Counted from the first letter of the stretch, positions 26,194-37,229 are shown. The stretch is DNA of 64,000 nucleotides from Aulosira sp. ZfuVER01 (GCA_034530615.2 JAVRCV020000041.1:160001-224000), one strand, 5' to 3'. A program made the numbers and translations. Notes: a model not told the origin generated them from the sequence alone.

Positions 26194-29022
26194 ATGTCTC
26201 TGTTTTCCACCTTATATCGATATCGTTTTCCATTGTTGCTGTTAAGTCTATGGATGATTGCAGTGTTTTTATTTGGTGGTAAACCTGCTGATAGCCAACA
26301 CATAGTTGTGTCCCAGCAGATACATACTCAATCAAGCGTACATGCACAAACAATCAAACTCCCAACAGTGACAGAAAACGTCCGCAAGACATTGCTAGAG
26401 AATGGTCTCACGGTACTGACAAAGGAAGTGCATACTGCGCCAGTAGTAACTGTACAGGTTTGGTACAAGGTAGGTTCGCGCAACGAAGAACCTGGAGTCA
26501 ATGGGATCGCTCACCAGTTAGAACACATGATGTTTAAAGGCACGCAAAATCGTCCAGTGCAATTTGGGCGATTATTTAGTGCTTTAGGCAGCGACTCCAA
26601 CGCTCTCACCAGCTACGATCAAACCGCATATTACAGCACTGCGGAACGGAATAAGCTCAAAGCACTGCTAATTTTGGAAGCAGATCGGATGCAAAACTCG
26701 CTAATTGAGACAGAGCAACTAGCAAGTGAAAAGCGAGTAGTGATTTCTGAGTTACAAGGTTACGAAAATAGCCCGGAATACCGCCTGAACCGCGCTGTGC
26801 TCCGAGCAGCTTTTCCCAATCATGCTTACGGGTTGCCTGTAGGTGGTACAAAAGCTGATGTGGAAAAATTTACAGTTGAGCAGGTACGGCATTACTATCG
26901 CAAATTTTACAGTCCCGACAATGCCATTTTAGTGATTGTCGGAGATTTTCAAACTGCCCCAACTCTAGAAGCAGTTGAAGAGATATTTGGGAAATTACCA
27001 AGCAACAGTACTGAGGAACAAGTCACGAGTGGCGAATCAAAACCACTCAGCACTAAAAACTCAACACTCAACACTCCCATTGTGCTGCGAGAAGCAGGAG
27101 CAGGGGAAATGTTGCAAGCAGTGTATCCCCTACCCGATGTGCATCACCCAGATATGCCAGCTTTGCAAGTGATGGATTACATTTTGACAGAAGGACGAAG
27201 TTCTCGGCTTTACCAGGCATTAGTGGAATCAGGTTTAGCTAACGAGATCAGCGCTTCTGTAGCTAGCTTGCGAGAATTTGGCTGGTACGAACTTTTAGTG
27301 ACAGCTGCTCCTAATCAAAATTTAACCAAAATCGACTCCGTGCTGAAAAGAGCGATCGCCAATGTCATAAAAACAGGAGTGACAGCAGAGGAAGTCAATC
27401 GAGCTAAGACGCAATTAGAAGCGACAGTCATTTTAGCTAACCGTGATATCACCGATCAAGCAATGCAATTGGGCAATGATGAGACAACTACTAGCGATTA
27501 TCGCCATACAGAACGCTTCTTAGCAAATGTTCGCAAGGTAAATCCGGCGGATGTGGTGGCGGTGGTAAACAAATACCTCACACCAGAAGCGCGTGTAGTC
27601 GGCTTGTTTGAACCAACCCAAAAAAAGTCAAAAGCAAGTACAGCTAAATCACATTCCACACAAACTACAGAAAATTTCTCTCCAGGAGCACCTGTAGCCT
27701 CAGCCGAGCTATTAAAGTACCTGCCTCCTGTCGATGAAGCAATAGAAATGGGTAAGCGAGAATTACCACAACAATTTACCTTTGCTAATGGTTTGCGCTT
27801 ATTACTATTGCCCGATCGCAGTACTCCCACAGTTACCCTCAGCGGCCACATCAACGCAGGTACAGAATTTGACCCAGAGGATAAAGCTGGATTAGCGTCT
27901 TTGGTAGCAGATAACTTAATGAATGGTACTAAAACCAAAGATTTTTTAACAATTGCCAAAACATTGGAAGAACGAGGAGCCGCTCTAGAGTTTAGGGCAT
28001 ACCGCGAAGGCGTGCGGATTGAAGGTGATAGTTTAGCTGGGGACTTGCCTGTACTCTTAAAAACCCTAGCAGACGTAGTTAAAAATAGTACATTTCCCGC
28101 TAGAGAGTTGGAACTGGATCGCAAACAAGCTGTAACTTCTCTAAAAATAGAACTGGACGATCCAGATGAAGTCGCAAATAGAACATTTATTCAGTCGATT
28201 TACCCGAAAAACCATCCCTTGCATACTTTCCCTACAGAGAAAAGCCTCAAGCAGATTAAGCGTCCGGATGCGATCGCTTTTAAGACCAAACATTATCGTC
28301 CAGACACAACAGTGTTAGCACTGGTAGGAGATTTCGATCCAGCAAAAGTGCGATCGCTCATTCAACATGAGTTTGGCGATTGGCAAGTTAGCGGTCAACC
28401 GCCAACATTACAATATCCTCAGGTATCGCTGCCAGAAGGAGTAGTACGTGTAAACTCAATTATCCCAGGCAAAGCCCAAGCCAGTACTTATATGGGTTAC
28501 AAGGGCATTAACCGTCAAGATCCTCGATATTACGCAGCCTCTGTTTTAAATCAGATTTTAGGAGGCGATACCTTATCCAGTAGACTTGGTGCAGAAGTTC
28601 GCGATCGCCAAGGTCTGACTTATGGAATTTATAGCTACTTCCAAGTTGGCAAGAATTTTGGGACATTTTGGATTGAAATCCAAACTAGCCCAGAAGATAC
28701 CAGTAAAGCGATCGCCAGCACTCACAAACTCTTAAAACAAATTCATCAGCAAGGCGTCACTGCATCAGAAATTGAGGCGGCTAAACAAACTCTGATCGGC
28801 AACTACAATGTTTCTTTAGCTAACCCAGAGGAATTAACCAAAAGTATTTTGATGAATCAGGTGTATGGACTTGATGAAGTCGAACTGCGCTCTTTTACAG
28901 AAAAAATTCAGGAAGTAACCCTGGCTCAAGTCAATCAAGCTGCGCGTGAGTTACTTCATCCAGATAAAATTGTGGTAGTGACTGCTGGCCCTGCTGTATT
29001 AGCAGAGCAAAACATTAAGTAA
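26194..29022 (+). CDS. M16 (pitrilysin/insulinase-like) zinc peptidase, exported
   Basis: Signal peptide, inverted zincin HQLEH and two M16 halves (RQGLTYG in the C-terminal half). Confidence 0.92.
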   Translation: MSLFSTLYRYRFPLLLLSLWMIAVFLFGGKPADSQHIVVSQQIHTQSSVHAQTIKLPTVTENVRKTLLENGLTVLTKEVHTAPVVTVQVWYKVGSRNEEPGVNGIAHQLEHMMFKGTQNRPVQFGRLFSALGSDSNALTSYDQTAYYSTAERNKLKALLILEADRMQNSLIETEQLASEKRVVISELQGYENSPEYRLNRAVLRAAFPNHAYGLPVGGTKADVEKFTVEQVRHYYRKFYSPDNAILVIVGDFQTAPTLEAVEEIFGKLPSNSTEEQVTSGESKPLSTKNSTLNTPIVLREAGAGEMLQAVYPLPDVHHPDMPALQVMDYILTEGRSSRLYQALVESGLANEISASVASLREFGWYELLVTAAPNQNLTKIDSVLKRAIANVIKTGVTAEEVNRAKTQLEATVILANRDITDQAMQLGNDETTTSDYRHTERFLANVRKVNPADVVAVVNKYLTPEARVVGLFEPTQKKSKASTAKSHSTQTTENFSPGAPVASAELLKYLPPVDEAIEMGKRELPQQFTFANGLRLLLLPDRSTPTVTLSGHINAGTEFDPEDKAGLASLVADNLMNGTKTKDFLTIAKTLEERGAALEFRAYREGVRIEGDSLAGDLPVLLKTLADVVKNSTFPARELELDRKQAVTSLKIELDDPDEVANRTFIQSIYPKNHPLHTFPTEKSLKQIKRPDAIAFKTKHYRPDTTVLALVGDFDPAKVRSLIQHEFGDWQVSGQPPTLQYPQVSLPEGVVRVNSIIPGKAQASTYMGYKGINRQDPRYYAASVLNQILGGDTLSSRLGAEVRDRQGLTYGIYSYFQVGKNFGTFWIEIQTSPEDTSKAIASTHKLLKQIHQQGVTASEIEAAKQTLIGNYNVSLANPEELTKSILMNQVYGLDEVELRSFTEKIQEVTLAQVNQAARELLHPDKIVVVTAGPAVLAEQNIK

Positions 29023-29056
29023 AAATTCTTGAATTTACATTACTAATTTTCCTAGA

Positions 29057-29515
29057 ATGCAAGCAATCAAGCGGATTTACATTATCCTGTTGTTAATGCT
29101 GTGCTTTAGTATTAGCAATACTAATTCGGCTTTAGCTGCAAATGTATCTGGCGATTTACTCAAGCAAGCTGCTATCGAAATTCCAGTTAGCTTGGGAAAC
29201 GCAGCTAACGAACTCAAATTTGAGCCAAACAACTTGAAATTTGTGACTGGTAAACGCTACAACCTCCGGCTCACCAATCCTAGCCAACAAAAGCATTATT
29301 TTACCGCCAAGGACTTTGCTGATGGCATCTGGACGCAAAAAGTTGAAGCAGGCAAAGTAGAAATTAAAGGAGCCATCCACGAAGTAGAACTGAAACCAGG
29401 TGCTACAGCCGAATGGGTATTTGTACCGCTGAAACCTGGAAAATATACTCTACGTTGCTCTGTAGCAGGACATACAGAAGCAGGCATGACTGGTGAAATT
29501 ACCGTCAGCAATTAA
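29057..29515 (+). CDS. Cupredoxin (plastocyanin/azurin-like) copper-binding protein
   Basis: Signal peptide, upstream His (QKHYF) and C-terminal C-x3-H-x4-M (CSVAGHTEAGM). Confidence 0.87.
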   Translation: MQAIKRIYIILLLMLCFSISNTNSALAANVSGDLLKQAAIEIPVSLGNAANELKFEPNNLKFVTGKRYNLRLTNPSQQKHYFTAKDFADGIWTQKVEAGKVEIKGAIHEVELKPGATAEWVFVPLKPGKYTLRCSVAGHTEAGMTGEITVSN

Positions 29516-29734
29516 AAATTCCCAAGTTAAAATTATTGGACTAAACAAGACGAGGTGACGCAAACAATGAATGTACGCCATCTCCCAAATTTTATGCTGC
29601 GGAGTGGTTCACTGGCCGTAAACAGCAAATTCGTAAGTAAAAAATAAGTTAATTTAAATATAGATATTATTTCTCAACTAACGTAGAAAAAATTTCACTT
29701 TCAGCGTTCCTGCGCCAATTACTTTGAATTTCCC

Positions 29735-30562
29735 ATGAACATCCTCAGTAACTTACTTGGTCAAACAACTCAACCGCCATCACCAAAAAAACAACGCCGA
29801 GGTATCGAAATAAAATCGCCGCGAGAAATTGAAATTATGCGGCAATCAGCAAAAATTGTCGCAACTGTACTCAAAGAAATTTCTGAATTAGTACAGCCAG
29901 GAATGACTACAGCTGACTTGGATGCTCATGCGGAAAAACGTATCCGAGAAATGGGTGCAACACCAAGCTTTAAGGGATATCACGGATTTCCTGCTTCGAT
30001 CTGCTCCAGCATTAACAATGAAGTTGTACACGGAATTCCTAGCCCAAAGAAAGTAATTCGCACTGGGGATGTATTAAAAGTAGATACGGGCGCTTATTAC
30101 CAAGGTTTTCATGGCGATTCTTGCATTACAATTGCCGTGGGTGAAGTTACCCCAGAAGCCGCTAAATTGATTCGCGTAGCTGAGGAAGCTCTCTATAAAG
30201 GTATTGAACAAGTGAAAGCAGGTGTATATTTGCTGGATCTTGCCGGGGCAATTGAAGACCATGTAAAAGCTAACGGTTTTACTGTGGTTGAAGAATTTAC
30301 CGGACACGGCGTAGGACGTAACCTACACGAAGAACCTTCAGTATTCAACTTCCGCACCAGAGAAATGCCAAATGTCAAATTACGTGCGGGAATGACTTTG
30401 GCAATTGAGCCAATTTTAAATGCAGGTTCAAAGCATACAAGAACTTTAGCCGATCGCTGGACAGCGGTGACAGTTGATAATGCTTTATCAGCACAGTTTG
30501 AGCATACTGTTTTGGTGACAGAAACGGGCTATGAAATTTTGACCGATCGCACGAAAGTTTAA
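29735..30562 (+). CDS. map: Methionine aminopeptidase type I
   Basis: [24 protein letters not shown] and AQFEHT. Confidence 0.96.
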   Translation: MNILSNLLGQTTQPPSPKKQRRGIEIKSPREIEIMRQSAKIVATVLKEISELVQPGMTTADLDAHAEKRIREMGATPSFKGYHGFPASICSSINNEVVHGIPSPKKVIRTGDVLKVDTGAYYQGFHGDSCITIAVGEVTPEAAKLIRVAEEALYKGIEQVKAGVYLLDLAGAIEDHVKANGFTVVEEFTGHGVGRNLHEEPSVFNFRTREMPNVKLRAGMTLAIEPILNAGSKHTRTLADRWTAVTVDNALSAQFEHTVLVTETGYEILTDRTKV

Positions 30563-30675
30563 TAGCCCTTTGGGCAAGGCAGAAGGCAGAAGGAGTTTTA
30601 GATTTTTATCCAGCTAAGTGATAGTTACAAAACTCTAGCCACTGCTTACCCAGTGGGAATACCTGAGGGTGAACT

Positions 30676-32868
30676 CTACCCTCTGCCTTTTTGCGGTAAA
30701 TAACGAATAACTTCTGCAACCGACCAAGCTTGAGCGATCGCCCCTTTGGGTTGATGGGGTGCGTCGCCATCGAAAATTTCAGAAATTGACCCAATACAAG
30801 CATCATACAAGAAATGTTCTAGTAGGGGTTGCCAATCAAAAGGCGGTGGTGTTTCTGGATGAAAACGCTGCCAAGCACGAATAAACGGGCCAATCAGCCA
30901 ACTCCAAACAGTACCTTGGTGATAGGCGCGATCGCGCTTCTCTGGAGCGCCTTGGTATTTACCGATATATTGGGGATCGGCTGGATCGAGGCTGCGCAGT
31001 CCATAGGGGGTGAGCAACCTGGAAGTTGCTACTGCAAGTACTTGACGCCCTTGTTCTGGTGAAAACCCACAATGATGTAGGGATAGAGCGAAAACTGCGT
31101 TGGGGCGAATTTGGGAATTACGGCGATCGTCCAGCTCGATGGTGTCGTATAAGTAGCAGAGTTTGGGATTCCAAAATTTTTGTAGCGAATCTTTGACCTG
31201 TTGTGCTTGCTGGGCGTAACGCTGTGCTTGCTTTGCCAGACGTTCTGAGGAATTGCTATCTGGAATTTGGCTTAATTTTTCTGCCCATTGACTTAGCCAA
31301 CACAAGGCAGAATACCACAGGGCATTAATTTCCACTGGCTTACCGAGGCGAGGAGTCACAGGCTCCCCTCCCACTAGTGCATCCATCCAGGTCAAGGCTA
31401 CATTACGAGCATTCCAACTCACCAGCCAATCAGTAGCATCAACATGAATATTGTAGCGAGTGCCACTTACAAATGCTTTATGGATTTGCTGCACTACAGG
31501 GAATTGCTCTGCCAAAAACTCCCAGTCTTGCGTAGCTTGCAAATAAAGGCCTAGAGTTTCAATCCACAACAGTGCAGCATCAATACTGTTGTAAAAAGGC
31601 TCACCACCAACATCAGGAAAGGCATTTGGAATCAGACCTTGGCGACAGTAATGCCCAAAAGTTCGCAATAGCCCTTTTGCCAGTTCAAAGCGTTGCGGAA
31701 CTAGTGCTAACCCAGGTAAAGCAATTAAAGTATCGCGCCCCCAATCATTAAACCAATGATAACCAGCAATCACAGTCGGCCCGGCAATTGAGGCTCGGTA
31801 GACAATAAAGCGATCGCTGGCTTTTAATAATTGCTGCCAAATTAAGGATTGGGCATGGGGGAGCCACTGCGTTGGACGGGTTTCCCGGCTTGAAGCAAGT
31901 GGCGTCATTGGGCATGGGGCATTAGTTTGTTTACCGTCTTCCCAATTTTGAATTTTGAATTTTGAATTTTGAATTGGTATGTCCTCCTCATCCCCTCGAT
32001 CCCATCCAAAAATCTGCGCCAGTCTCTCTTCCTCCGCCTCTATAGCTTCTGCAAAGGTTTCACAAGTAAGAGGATCTGCCTGTGGATTGGGAAAGCCGAC
32101 TCGGGCTTCTAGAGTTACGACATCACCTGGTTTGAGAGTAACCGTTAAGTAACCAGGGCTATAAAGGTCTTCGCGATCGCCTAATCCCCGTTGAGTCTCT
32201 TCTGGTAATTGATAATCCCAGTACCATACTCCATCAGGTCGATAGTCTCCATGCGTCCAGCGTAAATGCCAAGGTGTGCCAAAGTGCTTGCCATGAATCG
32301 CTTGCAAGCAAATTTGCTGGGGTAACAGCACTTGAGAAAAGTGTAATTCTGGAGAGGCTGTTTGTTGATGGTGAAAGTCGCGATCGCCAATCAGCAATCG
32401 TAGTCTCAAAATGGCTACTTCTTTACCTTCGTAGCGATACTGAATCAAAAGGCGATCGCACAAGGTTGGGGGGGACAAGGGAGACAGGGGAGAAAATGAT
32501 CCCTTATTTGCAGCGTTCTCCGGCTCTACTAACCCATAGGGCATGATGAATTGTCTACTTAGTTGCCAATTATCCTTGCTCCAAATCCATTTTGGAACTG
32601 GGTTAATCTCAAAAGAGCGTAGAAGTTCGTAGCCAGTAGGTTCAATTCGCCCACTACTCCAGTAATTTGTCCCTAGTGCGACAACTTGCCCTTGGACTTC
32701 TAGGCTAGCTTCTAAGTGCGATAGCAGCAGGGTACGCCCAGAAGGTGGATTTGTCGCCGCAAATAACCAACCGTGATAAGTGCGTGTACGGACATCCGAA
32801 ACTGTACCACTGGCAAAACTACCTAAGCCATTGGTTAGTAACCACTCTCTTTGATCTAAATCTGCCAT
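30676..32868 (-). CDS. Amylo-alpha-1,6-glucosidase (glycogen debranching enzyme-like, GH133)
   Basis: EWLLTNGLG, IAGYHWFNDWGRD, TWMDA, GKPVEINALWY, YHQGTVW and QAWSVAE. It carries repeat-derived in-frame inserts. Confidence 0.92.
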   Translation of the reverse strand: MADLDQREWLLTNGLGSFASGTVSDVRTRTYHGWLFAATNPPSGRTLLLSHLEASLEVQGQVVALGTNYWSSGRIEPTGYELLRSFEINPVPKWIWSKDNWQLSRQFIMPYGLVEPENAANKGSFSPLSPLSPPTLCDRLLIQYRYEGKEVAILRLRLLIGDRDFHHQQTASPELHFSQVLLPQQICLQAIHGKHFGTPWHLRWTHGDYRPDGVWYWDYQLPEETQRGLGDREDLYSPGYLTVTLKPGDVVTLEARVGFPNPQADPLTCETFAEAIEAEEERLAQIFGWDRGDEEDIPIQNSKFKIQNWEDGKQTNAPCPMTPLASSRETRPTQWLPHAQSLIWQQLLKASDRFIVYRASIAGPTVIAGYHWFNDWGRDTLIALPGLALVPQRFELAKGLLRTFGHYCRQGLIPNAFPDVGGEPFYNSIDAALLWIETLGLYLQATQDWEFLAEQFPVVQQIHKAFVSGTRYNIHVDATDWLVSWNARNVALTWMDALVGGEPVTPRLGKPVEINALWYSALCWLSQWAEKLSQIPDSNSSERLAKQAQRYAQQAQQVKDSLQKFWNPKLCYLYDTIELDDRRNSQIRPNAVFALSLHHCGFSPEQGRQVLAVATSRLLTPYGLRSLDPADPQYIGKYQGAPEKRDRAYHQGTVWSWLIGPFIRAWQRFHPETPPPFDWQPLLEHFLYDACIGSISEIFDGDAPHQPKGAIAQAWSVAEVIRYLPQKGRG
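31861..31905 (+). repeat. 45-bp small dispersed repeat inside a CDS (in-frame)
   Basis: GAGCCACTGCGTTGGACGGGTTTCCCGGCTTGAAGCAAGTGGCGT, flanked by GGGCATG STRR. Confidence 0.85.
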
Positions 32869-33006
32869 TTGCTACTCAAAATCGTTATGACTATGATATA
32901 GTCGTAACAGATCGTAATTAAACTGTGACGGCGTGGATCGGTAAGTTTTTACTGACCCGAATTCCAACGCTAGTAAATGGATATAAGTTGAAGGAGAATT
33001 AGGTTC

Positions 33007-33618
33007 ATGTCCCTCACTTACGGAACAGAAGGATGCCTCCGCGTTGGTCAACAGGCTCCAGACTTTACAGCAACAGCTGTCGTGGATCAAGAATTTAAGA
33101 CCATCAAACTTTCCGACTATCGCGGTAAGTATGTTGTTCTATTCTTTTATCCCCTAGACTTTACCTTTGTTTGTCCCACTGAGATCACAGCATTTAGCGA
33201 TCGCTACGAAGAATTCAAGAAAATTAACACGGAAATTCTTGGTGTTTCCGTTGATAGCGAGTTCTCTCACCTAGCTTGGATTCAAACCGACCGCAAATCT
33301 GGTGGCGTTGGCGACCTGAATTATCCCTTAGTTGCCGACATCAAGAAAGAAGTCAGTGCAGCTTACAATGTTCTTGACCCAGCAGCAGGTATTGCTCTGC
33401 GCGGTTTGTTCATCATCGATAAAGATGGTGTCATCCAGCACGCTACCATTAACAATCTAGCTTTTGGACGTAGTGTTGATGAAACCCTGCGGACATTACA
33501 AGCAATTCAGTATGTACAGTCTCATCCCGACGAAGTTTGTCCTGCTGGTTGGCAACCTGGGGATAAAACCATGAATCCCGATCCAGTAAAATCTAAAGTT
33601 TACTTCTCTGCTGTCTAG
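33007..33618 (+). CDS. 2-Cys peroxiredoxin (AhpC/TSA)
   Basis: [24 protein letters not shown] and C-terminal YF motifs. Confidence 0.96.
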   Translation: MSLTYGTEGCLRVGQQAPDFTATAVVDQEFKTIKLSDYRGKYVVLFFYPLDFTFVCPTEITAFSDRYEEFKKINTEILGVSVDSEFSHLAWIQTDRKSGGVGDLNYPLVADIKKEVSAAYNVLDPAAGIALRGLFIIDKDGVIQHATINNLAFGRSVDETLRTLQAIQYVQSHPDEVCPAGWQPGDKTMNPDPVKSKVYFSAV

Positions 33619-33892
33619 ATTGGTCTTGCCAGAAAACGGCAACGCAGTATACTGGATTGAAGAGCAGTATCATTAATCACCACAGATAACCACGGATGAA
33701 CACAGATACATAATGAATCAGTGTCAACTTCAGTGCCTATCTGTGGTTTTTTCATTGTGCTTCCTTACAGGATGCTACGCGAACGTGTGTCATTGGTCAG
33801 TTGCCATTAATCATTAAATTTTGCATTCTTGACTATGGACTTTTAGCTCTTGAATTTTGATTATTTGCATTTAAATAAACAGGAATAAAAAT

Positions 33893-34441
33893 ATGCTAAC
33901 TTCAACAGATTTTAGCGGCTTAATAAATGAACGATTCTTCCGTAATTTTCTGCCAATTCCAGCTATAACTCAGTTAAGGCTGGATGTAGGAACACCAGAT
34001 TTTCAACTACCAGATATTACCAACGGCAGTATAGTGAAGTTGTCGGATTATAGAGGCAAGCAACCAGTTTTACTGGCTTTTACACGGATATTTACAGAAA
34101 AGCAATATTGCCCTTTTTGCTATCCTCACATCAAATCTTTGAATGAAAACTACGAGCAATTTAAAGAGCGTGGTATAGAAGTTTTGCTGATTACTAGCAC
34201 TGACGAAAAGCAAAGCCAGATAGTGGTCAGAGATTTAGGGTTAAAAATGCCTTTATTAAGCGATCCTAATTGTCGAGTATTTCGTAGATATCGAGTAGGG
34301 CAAGCTTTAGGAGCACCTTTGCCAGCACAGTTTGTATTAGATCAACAAGGCAAACTCCGCTACTTTCATTTATTTTCTTTTTTGGATCATAACGCCAGTG
34401 TTGAGACATTGCTAGAAAAATTCGATTTATCAGTTCAGTAG
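33893..34441 (+). CDS. AhpC/TSA-like thioredoxin-fold protein
   Basis: PDFQL, LSDYRG, YCPFC (CxxC) and LLSDP. Confidence 0.85.
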   Translation: MLTSTDFSGLINERFFRNFLPIPAITQLRLDVGTPDFQLPDITNGSIVKLSDYRGKQPVLLAFTRIFTEKQYCPFCYPHIKSLNENYEQFKERGIEVLLITSTDEKQSQIVVRDLGLKMPLLSDPNCRVFRRYRVGQALGAPLPAQFVLDQQGKLRYFHLFSFLDHNASVETLLEKFDLSVQ

Positions 34442-34642
34442 ATAGAAGTTAATTAAACTCACTCTTTTGCCAAGAGTAATCAGGAAAGGGAACAGGGAAA
34501 AATCTTACCTTGTATCTTTTTCCATTTTTATTTCAAAAATTTTTCGAGAAAAATTTACATAATTTATTTGAATTTGCCGAATTACTTGTAAAGTATAAAA
34601 TTGACATTGCTTTGCATACTTACAAGGCTTTGAGATTTGCTT

Positions 34643-35287
34643 ATGCTGAAACTTTATCACTCCCCCATATCTCCAAACTCCCGCCGAGTCTGGATTACCC
34701 TGCTGGAAAAAGGCCTGGATTTTGAACTAGTAGAGGTAAAACTTGATGGAGAGCAGTTTCAACCAGATTTTTTGGCAATTAATCCTTTTCATCATATTCC
34801 AGTTTTAGAAGATGAAGGTTTTCATATAGTAGAATCAATAGCAATTTTGGACTATTTAGAGGCAAAGTATCCCACACCTGCGATGCTGCCTCAAGATGCC
34901 AAGGATTTAGCGATCGCGCGGATGGTACAAATGGTAACGATAAATGAGTTGTTATCGGCCATTATGCCGTTGACTCCGCAAATGTTGGGCTTGCCTGGTG
35001 GCGATCTAGAAAAGATGGAGCAGGCAAAGCAAAAAGCCTCAACCGTACTGAAGTTTTTCGAGAATTTACTAGACGATCGCCCTTACTTTGGTAGCGATCG
35101 CATAACTTTGGCTGAACCTGTAGCGGGAACCTTAGTACCTTGGTTGCCAAAAGGAGGTGTCTCCTTAAAAGACTATCCCAAACTCAGTGCTTGGTGTCAT
35201 CGCTTACTTGCACGTCCAACATGGCAAGCTACGGAAGTGCCTTTAGAAGTGCTGAAGGCTCGCATGGCTGCGAGAATGGCACAGTAG
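34643..35287 (+). CDS. Glutathione S-transferase
   Basis: LKLYH..SPNSRR, NPFHHIPVL and ESIAILDYL. ATG at 34643. Confidence 0.92.
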   Translation: MLKLYHSPISPNSRRVWITLLEKGLDFELVEVKLDGEQFQPDFLAINPFHHIPVLEDEGFHIVESIAILDYLEAKYPTPAMLPQDAKDLAIARMVQMVTINELLSAIMPLTPQMLGLPGGDLEKMEQAKQKASTVLKFFENLLDDRPYFGSDRITLAEPVAGTLVPWLPKGGVSLKDYPKLSAWCHRLLARPTWQATEVPLEVLKARMAARMAQ

Positions 35288-35335
35288 CAGGTTAAAGGAT
35301 TAAGCTCATACTGATGACAGCAGAGGGAATTTCTG

Positions 35336-35992
35336 ATGCTCAAACTTTACCACCAGCCGATTTCGGTGAACTCCCGTCGTCCTTGGATTGCCTTACTCGA
35401 AAAGGAACTGGATTTTGAATTAATAGAAATGAAACTGGATGGCGATCAGTTTCAGCCAGAATTTGTGGCGCTCAATCCTTTCCATCATATTCCGGTGTTA
35501 GTTGATGATGGCTTTAGGGTAATAGAATCCTTAGCAATTCTGGATTATTTAGAAGCCAAGTATTCCACGCCTGCTTTGTTGCCAAAAGAACCGAAAGCTT
35601 TAGCAATCGTGCGGATGGTAGAAATGCTGACGATAAATGAGCTACTACCTGCCATGAATCCACTGTTTAGGCAAATGATTGGCTTTGACGACGATCCCCA
35701 AAAGGGAGAAGAAGCAAAGCAGAAATCAGCCACCGTACTGGCTTTTTTTGAAGAACTATTAGGCGATCGCTCTTACTTTGGTAGTGAGCAATTAACTCTT
35801 GCTGATATTGTTGCCGGTAGTAGCATTCCCTGGCTACCGCAAATGGGAGTAACTTTAAATCCCAAACTCCAAGCTTGGTGCGATCGCATCATGCAACGTC
35901 CATCCTGGCAAAGTACTCAACCTACCCCAGAGGCAATTGAAGCGTTTAAGTCTCGGGTAAAAGTTTTAATGGCGAAAAATCAACCCCAATAA
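35336..35992 (+). CDS. Glutathione S-transferase (tandem paralog)
   Basis: Same motifs (NPFHHIPVL, ESLAILDYL, TLADI) and clear similarity to the upstream GST. Confidence 0.92.
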   Translation: MLKLYHQPISVNSRRPWIALLEKELDFELIEMKLDGDQFQPEFVALNPFHHIPVLVDDGFRVIESLAILDYLEAKYSTPALLPKEPKALAIVRMVEMLTINELLPAMNPLFRQMIGFDDDPQKGEEAKQKSATVLAFFEELLGDRSYFGSEQLTLADIVAGSSIPWLPQMGVTLNPKLQAWCDRIMQRPSWQSTQPTPEAIEAFKSRVKVLMAKNQPQ

Positions 35993-36046
35993 TTAGGCAG
36001 GGGAGCAGGGGGAGAAAAACTCCAGAAATTAAATAATTAAAATGGC

Positions 36047-36078
36047 TTCGCGCCTCAGATGCAAATTCTGGGCGCGAA
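36047..36078. terminator. Hairpin between convergent GST and DnaJ-like genes
   Basis: TTCGCGCC / GGCGCGAA inverted repeat. Confidence 0.6.
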
Positions 36079-36086
36079 ACATGATT

Positions 36087-37079
36087 TTATAGCTTGACCT
36101 GTTGCAAATGACTACGGGGATTATAGGTACGTATAGCTCGGATTTTTTCATAGTATTCCCGTTCTTGTTGGCTAAGGTCTTTTGGTGGGACAATCGCCAC
36201 CTTCACCAACTGATCGCCACGTCCACCCTTTGCCAAAGGCCAGCCTTTGCCACGCAAACGTAGGGATTGACCAGAACGCACTCCTGCAGGTAACTTGACG
36301 TTCACCGAACCATCAGGTGTGGGAACATCGATCGAAGCTCCCAGAGTTGCTTCATCTGGTGTAATCGCAACTTCACAAACAAGATTATCGCCTTCCATTT
36401 GGAAGAAAGAGTGAGGCTGAAATTCAACTTTTAAGTACAAATCACCACGTTGTTGGGTCATAGGATTTACTTGTCCTTTGCCCCGCACGCGCAGGCGAGT
36501 ACCGGGTTTAGCACCAGCAGGAATACGCACATCAATCGTTTCATTGCCGAGGCTAAAGCGCTTTTGTACACCTGCAAATGCTTCCGCAAAAGTTAGTGCG
36601 ATCGTAGCTTCGCTATCTTGGCTAGCACCTGCACCCGCACCTACATCTTGAAAACCAAAATCATTAAACCCGCCAAAACCACCAGGTCTCCCTGTGGAAG
36701 TACGATAAGAATAGCTTTGGCGACTGCTGCGAGGGCCAGCACCACCAAACAACTCATTGAGGAAATCATTAAAACTACCGTATTGGCTGAAGTCAAAGCC
36801 GCCCATATCGGCCCCAACGCCACCACCTGGGAAACCTTCACCAGCTTGTTTCCAGTATTGACCAAATTGGTCATACTTTTTGCGCTTGTCTGGGTCTGAC
36901 AAAACCTCATAGGCTTCGTTCACTTCTTTGAAACGCGCTTCTGCCTGTTTATTGCCTGGATTGACATCGGGATGAAACTTACGGGCTAATTTACGAAAAG
37001 CTTGTTTAATTTCCTCTGGAGTGGCAGTCTTACTAACTCCCAAAATTGAGTAATAGTCTTTGAAGTCGGTTGCAGCCAT
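36087..37079 (-). CDS. DnaJ-class (type II, CbpA-like) chaperone
   Basis: J domain with HPD, G/F-rich region and DnaJ_C domain, without a Zn finger. Confidence 0.92.
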   Translation of the reverse strand: MAATDFKDYYSILGVSKTATPEEIKQAFRKLARKFHPDVNPGNKQAEARFKEVNEAYEVLSDPDKRKKYDQFGQYWKQAGEGFPGGGVGADMGGFDFSQYGSFNDFLNELFGGAGPRSSRQSYSYRTSTGRPGGFGGFNDFGFQDVGAGAGASQDSEATIALTFAEAFAGVQKRFSLGNETIDVRIPAGAKPGTRLRVRGKGQVNPMTQQRGDLYLKVEFQPHSFFQMEGDNLVCEVAITPDEATLGASIDVPTPDGSVNVKLPAGVRSGQSLRLRGKGWPLAKGGRGDQLVKVAIVPPKDLSQQEREYYEKIRAIRTYNPRSHLQQVKL

Positions 37080-37156
37080 CTACCAGCCTCCTCTAGAAAT
37101 TTCTGTTATGTTATTCTTACAAAGTTCTGTTCGTCACAGACGTTGGCGAAGCCATC

Positions 37157-37229
37157 GGAGGAAACCTCCGCTCAACGCCAGTTCGTTCAAGTCGGGAGAC
37201 CCGCCCACACGACTGGCTCGACTTTGCGC
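37157..37229. repeat. Nested small dispersed repeats (45-bp element 37175-37219 inside CGGAGGAAACCTCCGCTCA|GACTTTGCGC)
   Basis: A reverse-orientation copy of the GAGCCA..TGGCGT family sits within a palindromic CGGAGG/CCTCCG element. Confidence 0.7.

Noticed and set aside
27498..28124. 208-aa antisense ORF within the M16 peptidase (and many other antisense ORFs)
   Set aside because: It is a shadow of a well-supported sense gene with no recognisable motifs.
29520..29700. Possible tRNA/ncRNA upstream of map
   Set aside because: GC-rich patches are present, but no cloverleaf, T-loop GTTCRA context or recognisable RNA family could be built.
33678..33748. ACCACAGAT...ATCTGTGGT palindrome (related one at about 91-133) as an sRNA
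   Set aside because: It fits common intergenic REP-like or terminator hairpins, with no evidence for an independent RNA gene.
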